A DNA stretch of 64,000 bases from Rubripirellula sp. (GCA_965216875.1 OZ244207.1:5856001-5920000); one strand, 5' to 3'. Positions 9,904 through 20,500 are shown, counted from the stretch's first letter. The notes: generated by a model from the sequence alone, not told the origin. Numbers and translations are program-made.

Positions 9904-12900
9904 ATGACCAGAGCCCTTGCCATTTGCGTTGCGCTTGGTGTGACGATTCTGTCGCAACAGTGGTGCTATGGCCAAGCCGATCCTGTCAGCCTTTCGGCAA
10001 GCGAAATCGCGATTGTTGAGGATGAATCCCCGCTCATTCTCGAGCGGGCCACGACCGCTGGAACGGTCATCTGGATCAACCCCTATTGGCACGGTTTTGT
10101 CATCGCCGACGAATCGAGCAATCAGGGAGTCGTGGTTGAACTGGAAGACAAAGAAGGGATCGACGCATTGAACGTCGGTGACCTTGTTGAAGTCACCGGA
10201 ACAGTTTGGATGTGGGAAGGTCGCGGATGCCTAAAATTCGCCAGCTATGAAACGCTTGGCGAAGGCAAATCGATCGACGCGTTGCCGGTACCGACAACAC
10301 TGGATGTCGATCAGGTTCTCGAGCTTGATTGCCAAAAGGTGACCGTTGAAGGAAGGATCGCCTTCACAGCCCGCTACTTTGATCGGTACGTCTTTTGGAT
10401 CGACGGTTACAGCATTCCCGTGCTTGCTGAGTTTCGCGAGTTCGCAAAGAGAACCGACAGTCTTCAATACCCTGGCGCTCGTGTCCGCATCACCGGCGTC
10501 GCCTACCAACGCAATCACGGCCAATCGACCGGACGCCGGCTCCTCATCAAGCCGAACGGAATCGACGACTTTGAAGTGCTTGAGCCTGCACCTCGATGGA
10601 AGACTGGTCCACTCAGCCAGGGCGTCGTTGTTTGCCGCAAGTCCGAGAACCAGTACTTCTTTCGCGCAAGCAACGGCAACATCCTTCACTTGGATGTGTA
10701 CGATCCGAAGTTTCTGCATGTCGGCGCGATCGTCCGCTACGTCGGTACCGCCGTGGAGACACCGACCAGTCGAAGAGTGGTTGTCGCCGGGCTGGACATC
10801 TACAACACGACACGCGATTGGGCGCTTGGCAATGGCGAGACACCCAAACAGGATGCAGCGAAACAATCCGCTGGCGACTGGACTAAGTTCCGGGGCGCTA
10901 CCACTCCCGCGCTCGCCGAAGAACTGCCAAACAAGTATTTCACACTGGTCAACGAAAACAACGAAGCGGTCCGAATTGAAATCGAGATGATGCCAGGCGA
11001 CATCGAGTCGCTACTCTTGTCGACGGCAAACACGGTCGAAGCATCTGGCTACCTCGATTTCACAAGCAGTGGAACGTCGATCTACCCAAGCAATTTGCGC
11101 GACATTCGTGTGATCGACCGCAAGAACTGGTACGAATCATCACGCATTTGGTTTCTCGGCTTAGGGCTACTGGGAATCATGACCGCTGGCCTCGCAACGA
11201 TCGTTTCGCTGCGTGCGTTGGTCAACCGCCGCACGCGTGATCTTGCCGAGAGCTCTGGGCTACTGACCGCGTCGTATGAAGCCATTCATGAAGGCATCTG
11301 CGTCGTTGACTCCAAAGGCGCAATCAAGACAGCCAACTCACAGTTTTGGAATCTGCTTGGTTTGTCTCCGAGTGACGTATCAGGTTTACAACGCGATGAC
11401 GTGTGTCGCTTACTCGCGGAACGTTTCACTCAAGTCGACGAATTCACCAAACTGTGGATCAGCGCCGATGACGGTCGTCCGCGCGGTGATTTCGATACCG
11501 TGGATGAACCAAGCCGAAGGCTAACGGTGTATTGTGCCGAAGCGGACTCAGGACACTCGCCCGAGAATCTCGGGCACGTGTGGGTGTTTCATGATGTCAC
11601 CCAGCAAAAACAGCTTGAACATTCGCTTCGCCAATCGCAAAAGATGGAAGCGGTCGGCACACTCGCAGCTGGCGTCGCCCACGACTTTAACAACTCACTT
11701 TCAGCCATCGTCAACTTTGCGGAAGTCGCCGCCCGCGGCATCTCCGGAAACAGCAAAGAGCACGAGTACGTTTGCCACGTGCTTGATGCGGCCAAGCAAG
11801 CTGCAGGAACGACACGGGGATTGCTGACTTTCTGTGGCCAACAAACGACGGAAAAGTCGCCCACGGATATCGTTGACCTATTGAAAAACTCGGTCACGTT
11901 CCTTGAGCGTTTGCTGCCAGCTTCGATCAAGATCACACTCGACACCCCTGATAGCGTCGAATTGATCTGCCGAACCGACGAAGCACAGTTGCAGCAAGCA
12001 CTCTTGAACTTGGTGGTCAATGCCCGCGACGCGATGCCCGAAGGCGGCGAAATCACCATCACTGCAAACGCCAACGCGCGAAATGACTTCGTCACGATTG
12101 TCGTTGCCGATAGTGGCGTCGGCATGTCCCGCGAAATCCTCGACCGCATCTTCGATCCCTTCTTTTCCACCAAGGGTCGAGGTAAGGGAACGGGGCTTGG
12201 GATGTCGATCGTTCACGGAATCGTTGAAGATCACGGCGGCACCATCGACGTGGATTCGACACTCGGCGAAGGAACGACGATAACCATTCAGTTGCCACTT
12301 TCGCGGCTGGAACTTTCGGAGCTTGCCCCCGAAGATCGAGGCAAGCAGATCGGGCACGGCAAAACCGTGTTGCTCGTCGAAGACCAGCTGGCCGTTCGAA
12401 AGGCACTCGTCGCGCAACTCGAACACTCAGCCTTCGAAGTCTTGCAGTGCGACAACGGAACAGAAGCGACGGAGATCTTTCAGGCCAATGCAGCAGCGAT
12501 CGACGTTGTCTTGATCGACGTCGACTTGCCTGGAATTGACGGCATGCAATGTCGAGACCGCATCAAAGAGATCTCGCCCGACGCGTCCATCGTGTTGATG
12601 AGCGGATCGCCTCATCACCAAGTCAGTGGCGATTCAACATTCTTGCGAAAACCATTCGGAGACAGCGAGCTCACCTCGACGCTAAAACAGGCGATGACCT
12701 CCAAACCTGTCGAACTCTCCGTGTTGGTGATTGATGACGACCCCATCGTCCGCTCTTCAACCCGCGCTTTGTTACAGGCGACAGGCCATCGCGCTATCCT
12801 CGCCGCTACGATCGCTGAAGCAATCGAGGCTCTTGAAGACAAAGAAAACCCCATCAAACTGATCTTGATGGATTGGAACATGCCCGACGGAAAAGGCCGA

Positions 12901-13092
12901 GACCTGATCGAGAAGATCACGCCTTATGTTGGCGACATCAACGTCGTGATCGTGACGGGTGACGCCGGTACGGAAGACGAGGTGTTCACGCAACATGCTA
13001 TCGTCACCGACGTCCTGCGCAAGCCGTTCGCTGCTGACCAACTCGCGCGAGCGATCCAGCAAACCCAGCTTGATCGCGAACAAGAGGACTAA
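9904..13092 (+). CDS. Hybrid sensor histidine kinase (extracytoplasmic region, TM, PAS, HisKA, HATPase, two receiver domains)
   Basis: SQKMEAVGTLAAGVAHDFNN H-box, NLVVNARDAM, DSGVGM, FDPFFSTK, GTGLGMS; two REC domains (VLLVED...DVDLPG; VLVIDDD...DWNMP). Confidence 0.93.
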   Translation: MTRALAICVALGVTILSQQWCYGQADPVSLSASEIAIVEDESPLILERATTAGTVIWINPYWHGFVIADESSNQGVVVELEDKEGIDALNVGDLVEVTGTVWMWEGRGCLKFASYETLGEGKSIDALPVPTTLDVDQVLELDCQKVTVEGRIAFTARYFDRYVFWIDGYSIPVLAEFREFAKRTDSLQYPGARVRITGVAYQRNHGQSTGRRLLIKPNGIDDFEVLEPAPRWKTGPLSQGVVVCRKSENQYFFRASNGNILHLDVYDPKFLHVGAIVRYVGTAVETPTSRRVVVAGLDIYNTTRDWALGNGETPKQDAAKQSAGDWTKFRGATTPALAEELPNKYFTLVNENNEAVRIEIEMMPGDIESLLLSTANTVEASGYLDFTSSGTSIYPSNLRDIRVIDRKNWYESSRIWFLGLGLLGIMTAGLATIVSLRALVNRRTRDLAESSGLLTASYEAIHEGICVVDSKGAIKTANSQFWNLLGLSPSDVSGLQRDDVCRLLAERFTQVDEFTKLWISADDGRPRGDFDTVDEPSRRLTVYCAEADSGHSPENLGHVWVFHDVTQQKQLEHSLRQSQKMEAVGTLAAGVAHDFNNSLSAIVNFAEVAARGISGNSKEHEYVCHVLDAAKQAAGTTRGLLTFCGQQTTEKSPTDIVDLLKNSVTFLERLLPASIKITLDTPDSVELICRTDEAQLQQALLNLVVNARDAMPEGGEITITANANARNDFVTIVVADSGVGMSREILDRIFDPFFSTKGRGKGTGLGMSIVHGIVEDHGGTIDVDSTLGEGTTITIQLPLSRLELSELAPEDRGKQIGHGKTVLLVEDQLAVRKALVAQLEHSAFEVLQCDNGTEATEIFQANAAAIDVVLIDVDLPGIDGMQCRDRIKEISPDASIVLMSGSPHHQVSGDSTFLRKPFGDSELTSTLKQAMTSKPVELSVLVIDDDPIVRSSTRALLQATGHRAILAATIAEAIEALEDKENPIKLILMDWNMPDGKGRDLIEKITPYVGDINVVIVTGDAGTEDEVFTQHAIVTDVLRKPFAADQLARAIQQTQLDREQED

Positions 13093-14327
13093 CGTTTCAT
13101 TGGTGGGTCAACCACTGTTAGTCCCAGTGGAGCAAACGGTGTTTCCGGCACGACCACATCGCCCAAGTAGGGCGCCGCAACAATTGCCTTTCGCACTGCT
13201 TCCTTGGGCTCGAGACCACGCACCAACAACAGCGACAAGAACGTAAAGTCGCCGAGTGCACTGGCATCCCAGGCAACAATCGTCTTGTAACCCGAAATCG
13301 GAAAGGCATTGCGATCGCGCAACGCCTCATGGATCTGATTGGGGAACTCACCTTTCATCATTGCGCAACCCGAAAGATGCAGCAGCTGCAAATTGCTTGC
13401 CCCCTTTAACGAATCGGCGACGACATTGGCCTTGATGGTTTGACCAAAGACCGTGATTCCCTCGGGAGAACCATGTGTCGAAATCAAAACGACAGCTGGA
13501 CCAGGAAGGAATTGCACCTTGCGACAGAAACGCTGCAAATCGGTTGCGTCATGAAAAAAGCGATGCCGTACTTCAACGTGTCTTGCCGTCGACATCGTGA
13601 AGTAGCTTTCAAGCATGTCGCCAAACGCATACTCCTGCTCGGCGATGCTGCGTTCCCAGTTCGCTTCCAAGATCACGAGCCAAACGCGTCCTGGAACGGG
13701 AATCACTTTTGTTCCGGTCCACGGTGACCATGCCTGCCGTCCCTCTTGCCGCCACTTGCCGTCAATGGAACGCCCGTCATTGGAAATCTTGAACCAACCT
13801 TCACCCGCAGCCTCAGGTTCTTGGTAACGAAACGCGAAGCGTCCATTCTTGACTTCACCTTCCATCTTCGCCTCACCGCCGGCGTGATCGTACGCGCCAC
13901 GAATCTTTTCTCCGTCAACCACGAGCCTCATCAACCCAAACGAAGTTTTCCAAAGCCCGTTAAATTGACTTGAAAGCGAATGACGTTTTCCATTCCAAGG
14001 CAACCACTTTGACGTGCCATCGGCGCGCCACTTTCCTTCAAAGCTGCTGCCGTCGCTCGAAAAGGTGAACGCCGCTTCGCCCTTGTCCGCCCTCTCGGCA
14101 TAGTGGAGCTTCAGCACGTTGCCGTCGAGTTTTCCATCAACACGTCCCATGGCGTAGGTTCCGGTAACCTTACCTCCTTCCTGCGTCAGGTTGAGTTCGC
14201 CATAGTCTGTGCTCCAGGCCCCCGAAATATCCTTCGGCACGGCTGAAACGGCATCCTTTGAACCTTCGTCCCCGCGCGCGGTGACGCCGATCCAAAGAAC
14301 AAGAAAGCAAACTGCGATCATCCGCAT
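13089..14327 (-). CDS. Exported protein: two tandem beta-barrel-like repeats plus a C-terminal putative caspase/CHAT-like domain
   Basis: Signal peptide MRMIAVCFLVLWIGVTARG; repeats G.W.T.(Y/F)G...G.Y...FEGKWR/IDGKWR...W.PW.G; C-terminal VVLISTHGS...LLHLSGC. The ORF is open from 14366. Confidence 0.7.
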   Translation of the reverse strand: MRMIAVCFLVLWIGVTARGDEGSKDAVSAVPKDISGAWSTDYGELNLTQEGGKVTGTYAMGRVDGKLDGNVLKLHYAERADKGEAAFTFSSDGSSFEGKWRADGTSKWLPWNGKRHSLSSQFNGLWKTSFGLMRLVVDGEKIRGAYDHAGGEAKMEGEVKNGRFAFRYQEPEAAGEGWFKISNDGRSIDGKWRQEGRQAWSPWTGTKVIPVPGRVWLVILEANWERSIAEQEYAFGDMLESYFTMSTARHVEVRHRFFHDATDLQRFCRKVQFLPGPAVVLISTHGSPEGITVFGQTIKANVVADSLKGASNLQLLHLSGCAMMKGEFPNQIHEALRDRNAFPISGYKTIVAWDASALGDFTFLSLLLVRGLEPKEAVRKAIVAAPYLGDVVVPETPFAPLGLTVVDPPMKR

Positions 14328-14513
14328 GTTATGCCCCAACAATAGGTTCTGTGTTTTTCGTGTCATTTCGATAACTCAACGACATGACCTTATCATCTGT
14401 TGCCCACGTGTACCAAACTCGATTCTTGCAAACGTGTTATCCTTTTTCCACATCGCATGCCTGAGGCCATCGCCGAGTCTTGCGTCAGAGTCTTTCCCAA
14501 TCATTCCGAAAGC

Positions 14514-15380
14514 ATGAGTACGAAGAAACCCAAATCAAAGGCAAAAGCCAAGCCCTTGAAGTGTCATCTCATTTCCGTCGGCGCCGGCAGTCTGGTGTGG
14601 CAAATCGTTCACGCGGTGATGGGCCAGTACCCCACCGTGAAGTCACAGCTCGTCACGCACGCGTTTGTCGACACAGCGAAGAAGGTCGAATCAACGCTCA
14701 AGAAGGTTCGCGGCAAGAATGTTTGCGTTTTCCATGCGTTACTCGATTCGGAAGCGAAAGCGAAGGTCACCGAATACTGCCAAGACCGCGGAATCCCTGA
14801 ACACGACATGACCGAACAGTTGCTGGGCTTCGTCACTGGAATCACTGGCGTCGAAGCAAGCAATGACCCATCCGAGGAACTTGACGATGGCTATTTTCGT
14901 CGGCTCGATGCACTTGAATTCACATTACAGCATGACGATTCGCGGCGTCTTGAATCCATTAGCGATGCCGACATTGTTGTGGTTGGACTGAGCCGAGTGA
15001 GCAAGACGCCGACGTCTTGTTACCTGGGCAGCATGGGGTTTAAGGTCGCCAACGTATCACTCGTTCCCGAGATCGGACTTCCTAAAGAGCTCAAGCGAGG
15101 CATGAAGAAGAAGGTGGTCGCCTTCACGATTCAACCCAAACGCCTTCAACAGATTCGTTCGCGTCGCATGCAGGTCAACAAGTTCGACGCCACGCTACCG
15201 GCCCCGGAAGACGATGGTGAATTCAACTACACGAGCTTGAAGAGCATCATTCGCGAAGTGATGGACGCCGAAGCGATCTACCGCGACCGCGAGTTTCCGA
15301 TCATTGACATCACCGACCATACGGTCGAGGCGACAGCGACCACCGTCCTGCAACAACTCAATCTACAACGCCCCGAGTGA
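14514..15380 (+). CDS. PEP synthetase/PPDK regulatory protein (kinase-pyrophosphorylase, DUF299)
   Basis: YFRRLDALEFTLQHDD, ADIVVVGLSRVSKTPTSCYL, KVANVSL, IIDITDHTVEATA. Confidence 0.9.
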   Translation: MSTKKPKSKAKAKPLKCHLISVGAGSLVWQIVHAVMGQYPTVKSQLVTHAFVDTAKKVESTLKKVRGKNVCVFHALLDSEAKAKVTEYCQDRGIPEHDMTEQLLGFVTGITGVEASNDPSEELDDGYFRRLDALEFTLQHDDSRRLESISDADIVVVGLSRVSKTPTSCYLGSMGFKVANVSLVPEIGLPKELKRGMKKKVVAFTIQPKRLQQIRSRRMQVNKFDATLPAPEDDGEFNYTSLKSIIREVMDAEAIYRDREFPIIDITDHTVEATATTVLQQLNLQRPE

Positions 15381-15406
15381 CGCCCCCACAGCAATCACTC
15401 TCGCCT

Positions 15407-15547
15407 CGGGGACAGAGCACCTTCGTCACCTTAGCGGGGTCGGCGCACTCACGCCCGGGGACAGAGCACCAGTTTTCGTTTGTTTTCCAATCTCACCCGA
15501 TTTTCCGGGGGACAGAGCACCTCAACCCTACCTCGGGGACAGAGCAT
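15407..15547 (+). repeat. Left array of GGGGACAGAGCAC motif (4 near-exact copies plus 1 degenerate)
   Basis: Copies at ~15408, 15457, 15508 and 15535, degenerate copy at ~15436; all on the + strand, with unrelated spacers. Confidence 0.9.
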
Positions 15548-15695
15548 GATTGTTTGATTTGATGTTATTGACGGTCGATACGGGTCGTTGTCCAATAACT
15601 TTTCCCGTCGAGATCGAAGAGCGATCCCATCGACGCCAGCGAACTGGCTCATCAAGACGAGCTCCAGTCGCATTCTTCTTTTTTGGGGCTCTTCG

Positions 15696-16748
15696 ATGAG
15701 TAGGTGTTCTCGCCGTGATGTGTTTGATCCCGCCGAGGTCAATGTAGCTCACATCATCAATCGCACAGTGCGAAGGTGCTACCTTTTTGGCCACGACCAA
15801 CTAACCGGTACAAACTTCGACCACCGAAAGGAATGGATTGAAGAATTACTTGAGCATTTCGCGGCCAACTTCGGCATCGACCTGCTCTGCTTCGCGATCC
15901 TTTCGAACCACTATCATCTCATCCTGAGGACGCGGCCGGATGTTGTGGCCACGTGGGACGACACCGAAGTGGCTCGCCGCTGGCTAATGATCTGCCCTCA
16001 TCGCAAAGTCGATGGCAGACCAGCAGAACCGAGCGAATCAGAGTTGAACATGATTCGCCATTGCCCGGACAAACTTGCTGAGATTCGTAAACGGTTGTCT
16101 GATCTCTCGTGGTGGGTACGGCTGCTGAATCAACGCGTAGCCCAGCGAGCCAACCGCGAGGAAGCGGAACATGGCCGATTTTGGCAAGACCGATTCAAAG
16201 CCATACGTATTGTTGACGAAGAATCGTTGCTCGCATGTGCTGCCTACGTTGAACTGAATCCGATTCGGGCGGCGATTGCCGAAACGCTCGAGGACAGCGA
16301 CCACACTTCAATCCAACGTCGCATCAATGCCGAGTTTTCACAAGTGGCGGCGAAAGATGAAGACTCACGCAGACATTCGCAAGATTTCCTCGCTCCACTA
16401 ACCCTCGCAGAACAGGCTGGGGACGTCGGTCCAATGCCAAGCCATACGAAGCGCAGGTGCAGCGACAAAGGGTTTCTGGCAATCGACATTGAAAGCTACA
16501 TTGAACTGCTTGAGTGGACAGCTTGTAAATCAGTGCAACGCGAACGCGGTGCCACAACTGTCTTTATACCGTCGATCCTTGGGCGTTTTCGAATCGAGCC
16601 ACGCAGTTGGCTGGAGCTCGTTCTAGCCTTCAGCAAAACCTTCCCGATGGTCGCTGGCCGCTGCGATCGAGTCGACGGTCTACGGAGTAACGAAACCGGT
16701 CGCCGTTTTCGCGTGACCCCCAACGCAAGACGCCTGCTACCCGCCTAG
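15696..16748 (+). CDS. HUH (Y1) tyrosine transposase, RAYT/COG1943-like long form
   Basis: HIINRTVRR, FAILSNHYHLIL (HUH), GRFWQDRFKA, CAAYVELNPIRA (catalytic Tyr followed by NP). Confidence 0.88.
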   Translation: MSRCSRRDVFDPAEVNVAHIINRTVRRCYLFGHDQLTGTNFDHRKEWIEELLEHFAANFGIDLLCFAILSNHYHLILRTRPDVVATWDDTEVARRWLMICPHRKVDGRPAEPSESELNMIRHCPDKLAEIRKRLSDLSWWVRLLNQRVAQRANREEAEHGRFWQDRFKAIRIVDEESLLACAAYVELNPIRAAIAETLEDSDHTSIQRRINAEFSQVAAKDEDSRRHSQDFLAPLTLAEQAGDVGPMPSHTKRRCSDKGFLAIDIESYIELLEWTACKSVQRERGATTVFIPSILGRFRIEPRSWLELVLAFSKTFPMVAGRCDRVDGLRSNETGRRFRVTPNARRLLPA

Positions 16749-16881
16749 CTGCCTTCTCACAATAGCCGTGCCACATCTACCTGCTACCGGTAAGCGCAAC
16801 TTGCGGGAATAGATGCGCGTCTGCACTAGGCACTCGATATAAGTCGTGAAACGTACGGTGAGTTTGTCGATCCCACGCAAC

Positions 16882-17457
16882 GGTGCTCTGGCGCCGTAAA
16901 GAGACCAGGCCAAAAACCCTCATCGGGAATCCAAGCTGCGTCGATTGCGGGAATCCGGGCCACCCGAAAGTGCACTGTCCCCAGACGAGAGGGGAGAGTT
17001 GGGTGCTCTGTCCCCGGTGGGAGGATGCTTTCGGCTCACCAGCGCGTGATGCCCGATGAAGAACTCGGGGCAAAGTGCTCTGTCCCTTGGACAGTACTTC
17101 TTGGACAGTACTTTGAGAGGATGCCTGCATCCTCCCAAAGAGACTCTGGTGCTCTGTCCCCGTCGAGCCCCGTCGAGCCGTCGCTGGTGCTCTGTCCCCG
17201 TCGAGCGCCGCTCCGTCGAGCGCAGGTAAAGTGCTATGTCCCCATTGGGAGAATGCGCCCATTGGATTTGCTCCCGCGATCCTGCCTATGCTCTGGCCCC
17301 CAACGATCCCAACGATCTCCAACGATCCTGGCCCCCAACGATCCAACGATCGGTGCTCTGTCCCCAGACGACTGTCCTGTCCCCAGACGACTGTCATCGG
17401 TGCTCTGGCCCCAGACGAGAAATGAGAGTTGGGTGCTCTGTCCCCGGTGGGAGGATG
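16882..17457 (-). repeat. Right array of the same motif in inverted orientation (GTGCTCTGTCCCC, ~11 copies)
   Basis: Copies at ~16883, 16970, 17003, 17075, 17149, 17187, 17231, 17288, 17353, 17400 and 17433; a ~49-bp direct repeat at 16979-17027 and 17409-17457. Confidence 0.9.
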
Positions 17458-17523
17458 ACTCAACGCAGGTGTCCATTTACGATCACCTGCGTTCTGGGAT
17501 GCCCAAAGCTACTAGCCGTTTGG

Positions 17524-20500
17524 TCAAAACAGGCTTCCTGTCTCGAGCAGCACCAACTCATCCTCGCTTTCTTCCAAGAAACCTCCGTCGCCAAACGCGG
17601 CGATTGCAGCATCGACGGCTTCGGCTTCACTCCTCGCTGCAAGACTCTCGCGTGCAAGATCGTTGATGACCAACAACGCATCGAGAGACGTGATGTCGCC
17701 GTCCCCACCAACATCAAGATCCAAACCGGTCGCCTGTGCCTCGTCAGCGATCGTCGCCTGACTGCCAAAGCGGTTTAGAAAGTTGATGACCAGCAGTGAA
17801 TCGAGCGCAGTGACTTGTCCGTCACGATTCACATCAGCCGAAAGCCGCGAATTCTGGAGACTAACACTGCGTGCCGAACAGGCTCCATCGACGCCGCTGC
17901 AAACATCTGCCTCAGGATCAAACAACAAGACAGTGATGGTCGCGATCGGCATCAACCCATTAAATGCTGATTCGAGCGTCCCGGTCGGAACCCCCGTCCC
18001 AATGAATTCGTCAAGTCCAGCGTGCCGATGAATGACGCCTCCTTCGTCGACCGAGTCGCCACCTTCGGTTGAATAGGCCGCGCCGCCCAGTGGGTCGTTT
18101 ACCTCGGTGCCAGCGTCGAGGATGTCGCGACCGTATATCGTGATCTGCCGTGCTCCCTGGAAGTTACCGAGTTCGTCGAACAACTCGTACTGCCGTGAAT
18201 TGCGATTGGCTACAAACGCATCATTCGACGGAATCACCATACTGACGAAACTGAAGAAACGATTGAGGCTCGAATCCTCCACCTCAATCACTTGTGTCGC
18301 GATCTCACCCGGTTCGATGACAGGAGCCCCCGCAAACCCTTGAGGTGCAGCGATGACGGAACTGGTACCGTCTGACTCTCCTGCAAAACGTGCAACGAGT
18401 TCGCTCGTGTCACCCTCTTCGGCAATCAACTCCAACCCACCAAATTCGGACGCCAATGCTCCTCCGCGAGCGACTTCGAACGCGCCATCGTGAAACCCTA
18501 CAAAGAAGGGCGTGAGTGCCAGTCCGCCCTCCGGCGTCAACGATTCGATCTCAACCTGCAGCCGCACGCCCACATCGACTTGAAACGCACCAACAACGTC
18601 AGACTCACTGGCTTGGCCAAGCGTATCACTCACTTCACCGGGGCGCAGATTGACGGTATACCGCCCATTGTCGCGTCCGGTGAATTGGCCGTCTTGAGTT
18701 GTCACCGTGTAGGTCGCGGTTACCGTCGTGGGTGTCGTTCCGATCGCCGCATCCGTCTCCACTGCAGTCACCGTCAACTGCCTAGCCAATGGCCCAACCA
18801 CTGCGATGTCTTCGATTCCGATCGATGTCGGGTCAATGCCAGATGGATCGCTATAGGTGACATGAACCTCGTGCGTTGTCGCCCCCGCAACCACGACATC
18901 GTCGGCCGCGACGCTGGCGGTCGGCCCATCGCTGTCGACCGGCAGCGACGTTCCATCTGTCAAACTGATTGTGATGCGTGCCAGTGGCGTATCGCTCACA
19001 AAAGCAGACTCGAGCGTTTCACCTGTCGGCAATCCGGATCCGATGAAGTCGTCCAGCCCTTGGTGCCGCGTGATCACACCGTTCTCATCCACGCCATCGC
19101 CGCCTTCAGTCGAGAAGGCAGCCCCGCCGTCCACCTGATTCAGTTCCGTTCCGGCATCCAAAACGTCGCGTCCGGTCAACGTGATCGTTTGCGTTCCCAA
19201 AAAGAAACCATCTTCATCAAACAATTCGTAGGCCCGCGCGTTTAGGTTGGCAAAGAACGCATCGTTAGATGGAATCAGCATGCTCGCGAAACTGAAGTAC
19301 CGATTCAAGTTGGTATCGAGAACCGAGAGCGTTTGTGATGCCACTTCACCAGGTTCAATGACCGGCGCGCCAGCGAATCCCTCGGGCGCGACAAGGACGG
19401 TATCGACACCACTTGATTCGGCTGCAAACCGAGCAACGACACCCGAGACATCCCCTTCTTCGGCGAGTGCCTCCAAACCACCAAACTCGGCGGCGACAGC
19501 GCCGGCTCGAGCAAGTTGGAAGTTGCCCTCATGCACGCCCACCCAGAACGGAGTTTGTGCCAAGCCCCCTTCGGCTGCGAGATTCTCGACAGTGATTGTC
19601 AGTTGCACGGGCACCAACACCTGTAATGATCCAAGCGCTTCCGCGGTAACTTCGTTTCCAAACACGTCACCCACTTCGCCATCAGCCAATGTGATCGTGT
19701 ATAGCCCGTTGTCAAAAGTCGAATACGGATCGCCGTCGGCGGTTGCGATTTGGTAGGTCGCGGTCACTGTTCTCGGATCGGCAGTGTCAGCGTCCGTGGT
19801 GACACCGACCACTTCGAGTGGTTCGTTGAACAAGCCAGTCACTTCAATGTCGCGGGTGTCGATGGTTGAAACGTCGACACCCGAGGCATCGCTGTAGGTC
19901 ACGCGCACCTCATGCGTGTTTGCACCGGGACTCATCAAGTCGGTGATGTCCGCGTTTGCGGTCGGTGCCTTATCGTCAATCGCATCGGCGGGCGCGTCCG
20001 CAAGACTGATCGTGATGCGTCCGATCGGCGTCATGTTGCCAAATGCCTGGCCAAGCGTCCCCGTTGGGACTCCGGTTCCGATGAATTCATCCAAGCCGTC
20101 ATGGCGTCTGATAACGCCACCCTCATCCACCGATGTTCCCCCTTCGGTACTGTAGGCAGCGCCGCCGCCAACCTGGTTCACTTCAGTGCCGGCATCCCAG
20201 ATATCTTGTCCATAGAGCGTGATCGTGCGAGCGCCCGTGAAGTTGCCCGACCGGTCAAACAGCTCAATACCACGGGGGTCCAGGTTCGCAATGAATGCGT
20301 CGTTGGATGGAATCACCATGCTCGCGAAACTAAAAAATCGGTTTCGCTGCGGATCGCTCACGTCAAACGCTTCAAGTACCGACTCACCTGGCTCGAACAC
20401 AGGGGCTCCAGCGAATCCGTCGGGGGCAAAGATGACGGTCGCATCGTTCCCCGTCTCGGACTCGAAACGTGCGACCAATTCACTCGGATCACCATCTTCG

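Noticed and set aside
15407..17457. CRISPR array interpretation of the motif-spacer arrays
   Set aside because: The repeat is only 13 nt, spacer lengths vary widely, the two arrays are in opposite orientations, and no cas genes are present.
16777..17778. Long ORFs of 180-228 aa on both strands
   Set aside because: They translate the repeat array (recurring GQST/GTEH/GDRA/VLCP) and show no protein-family features.
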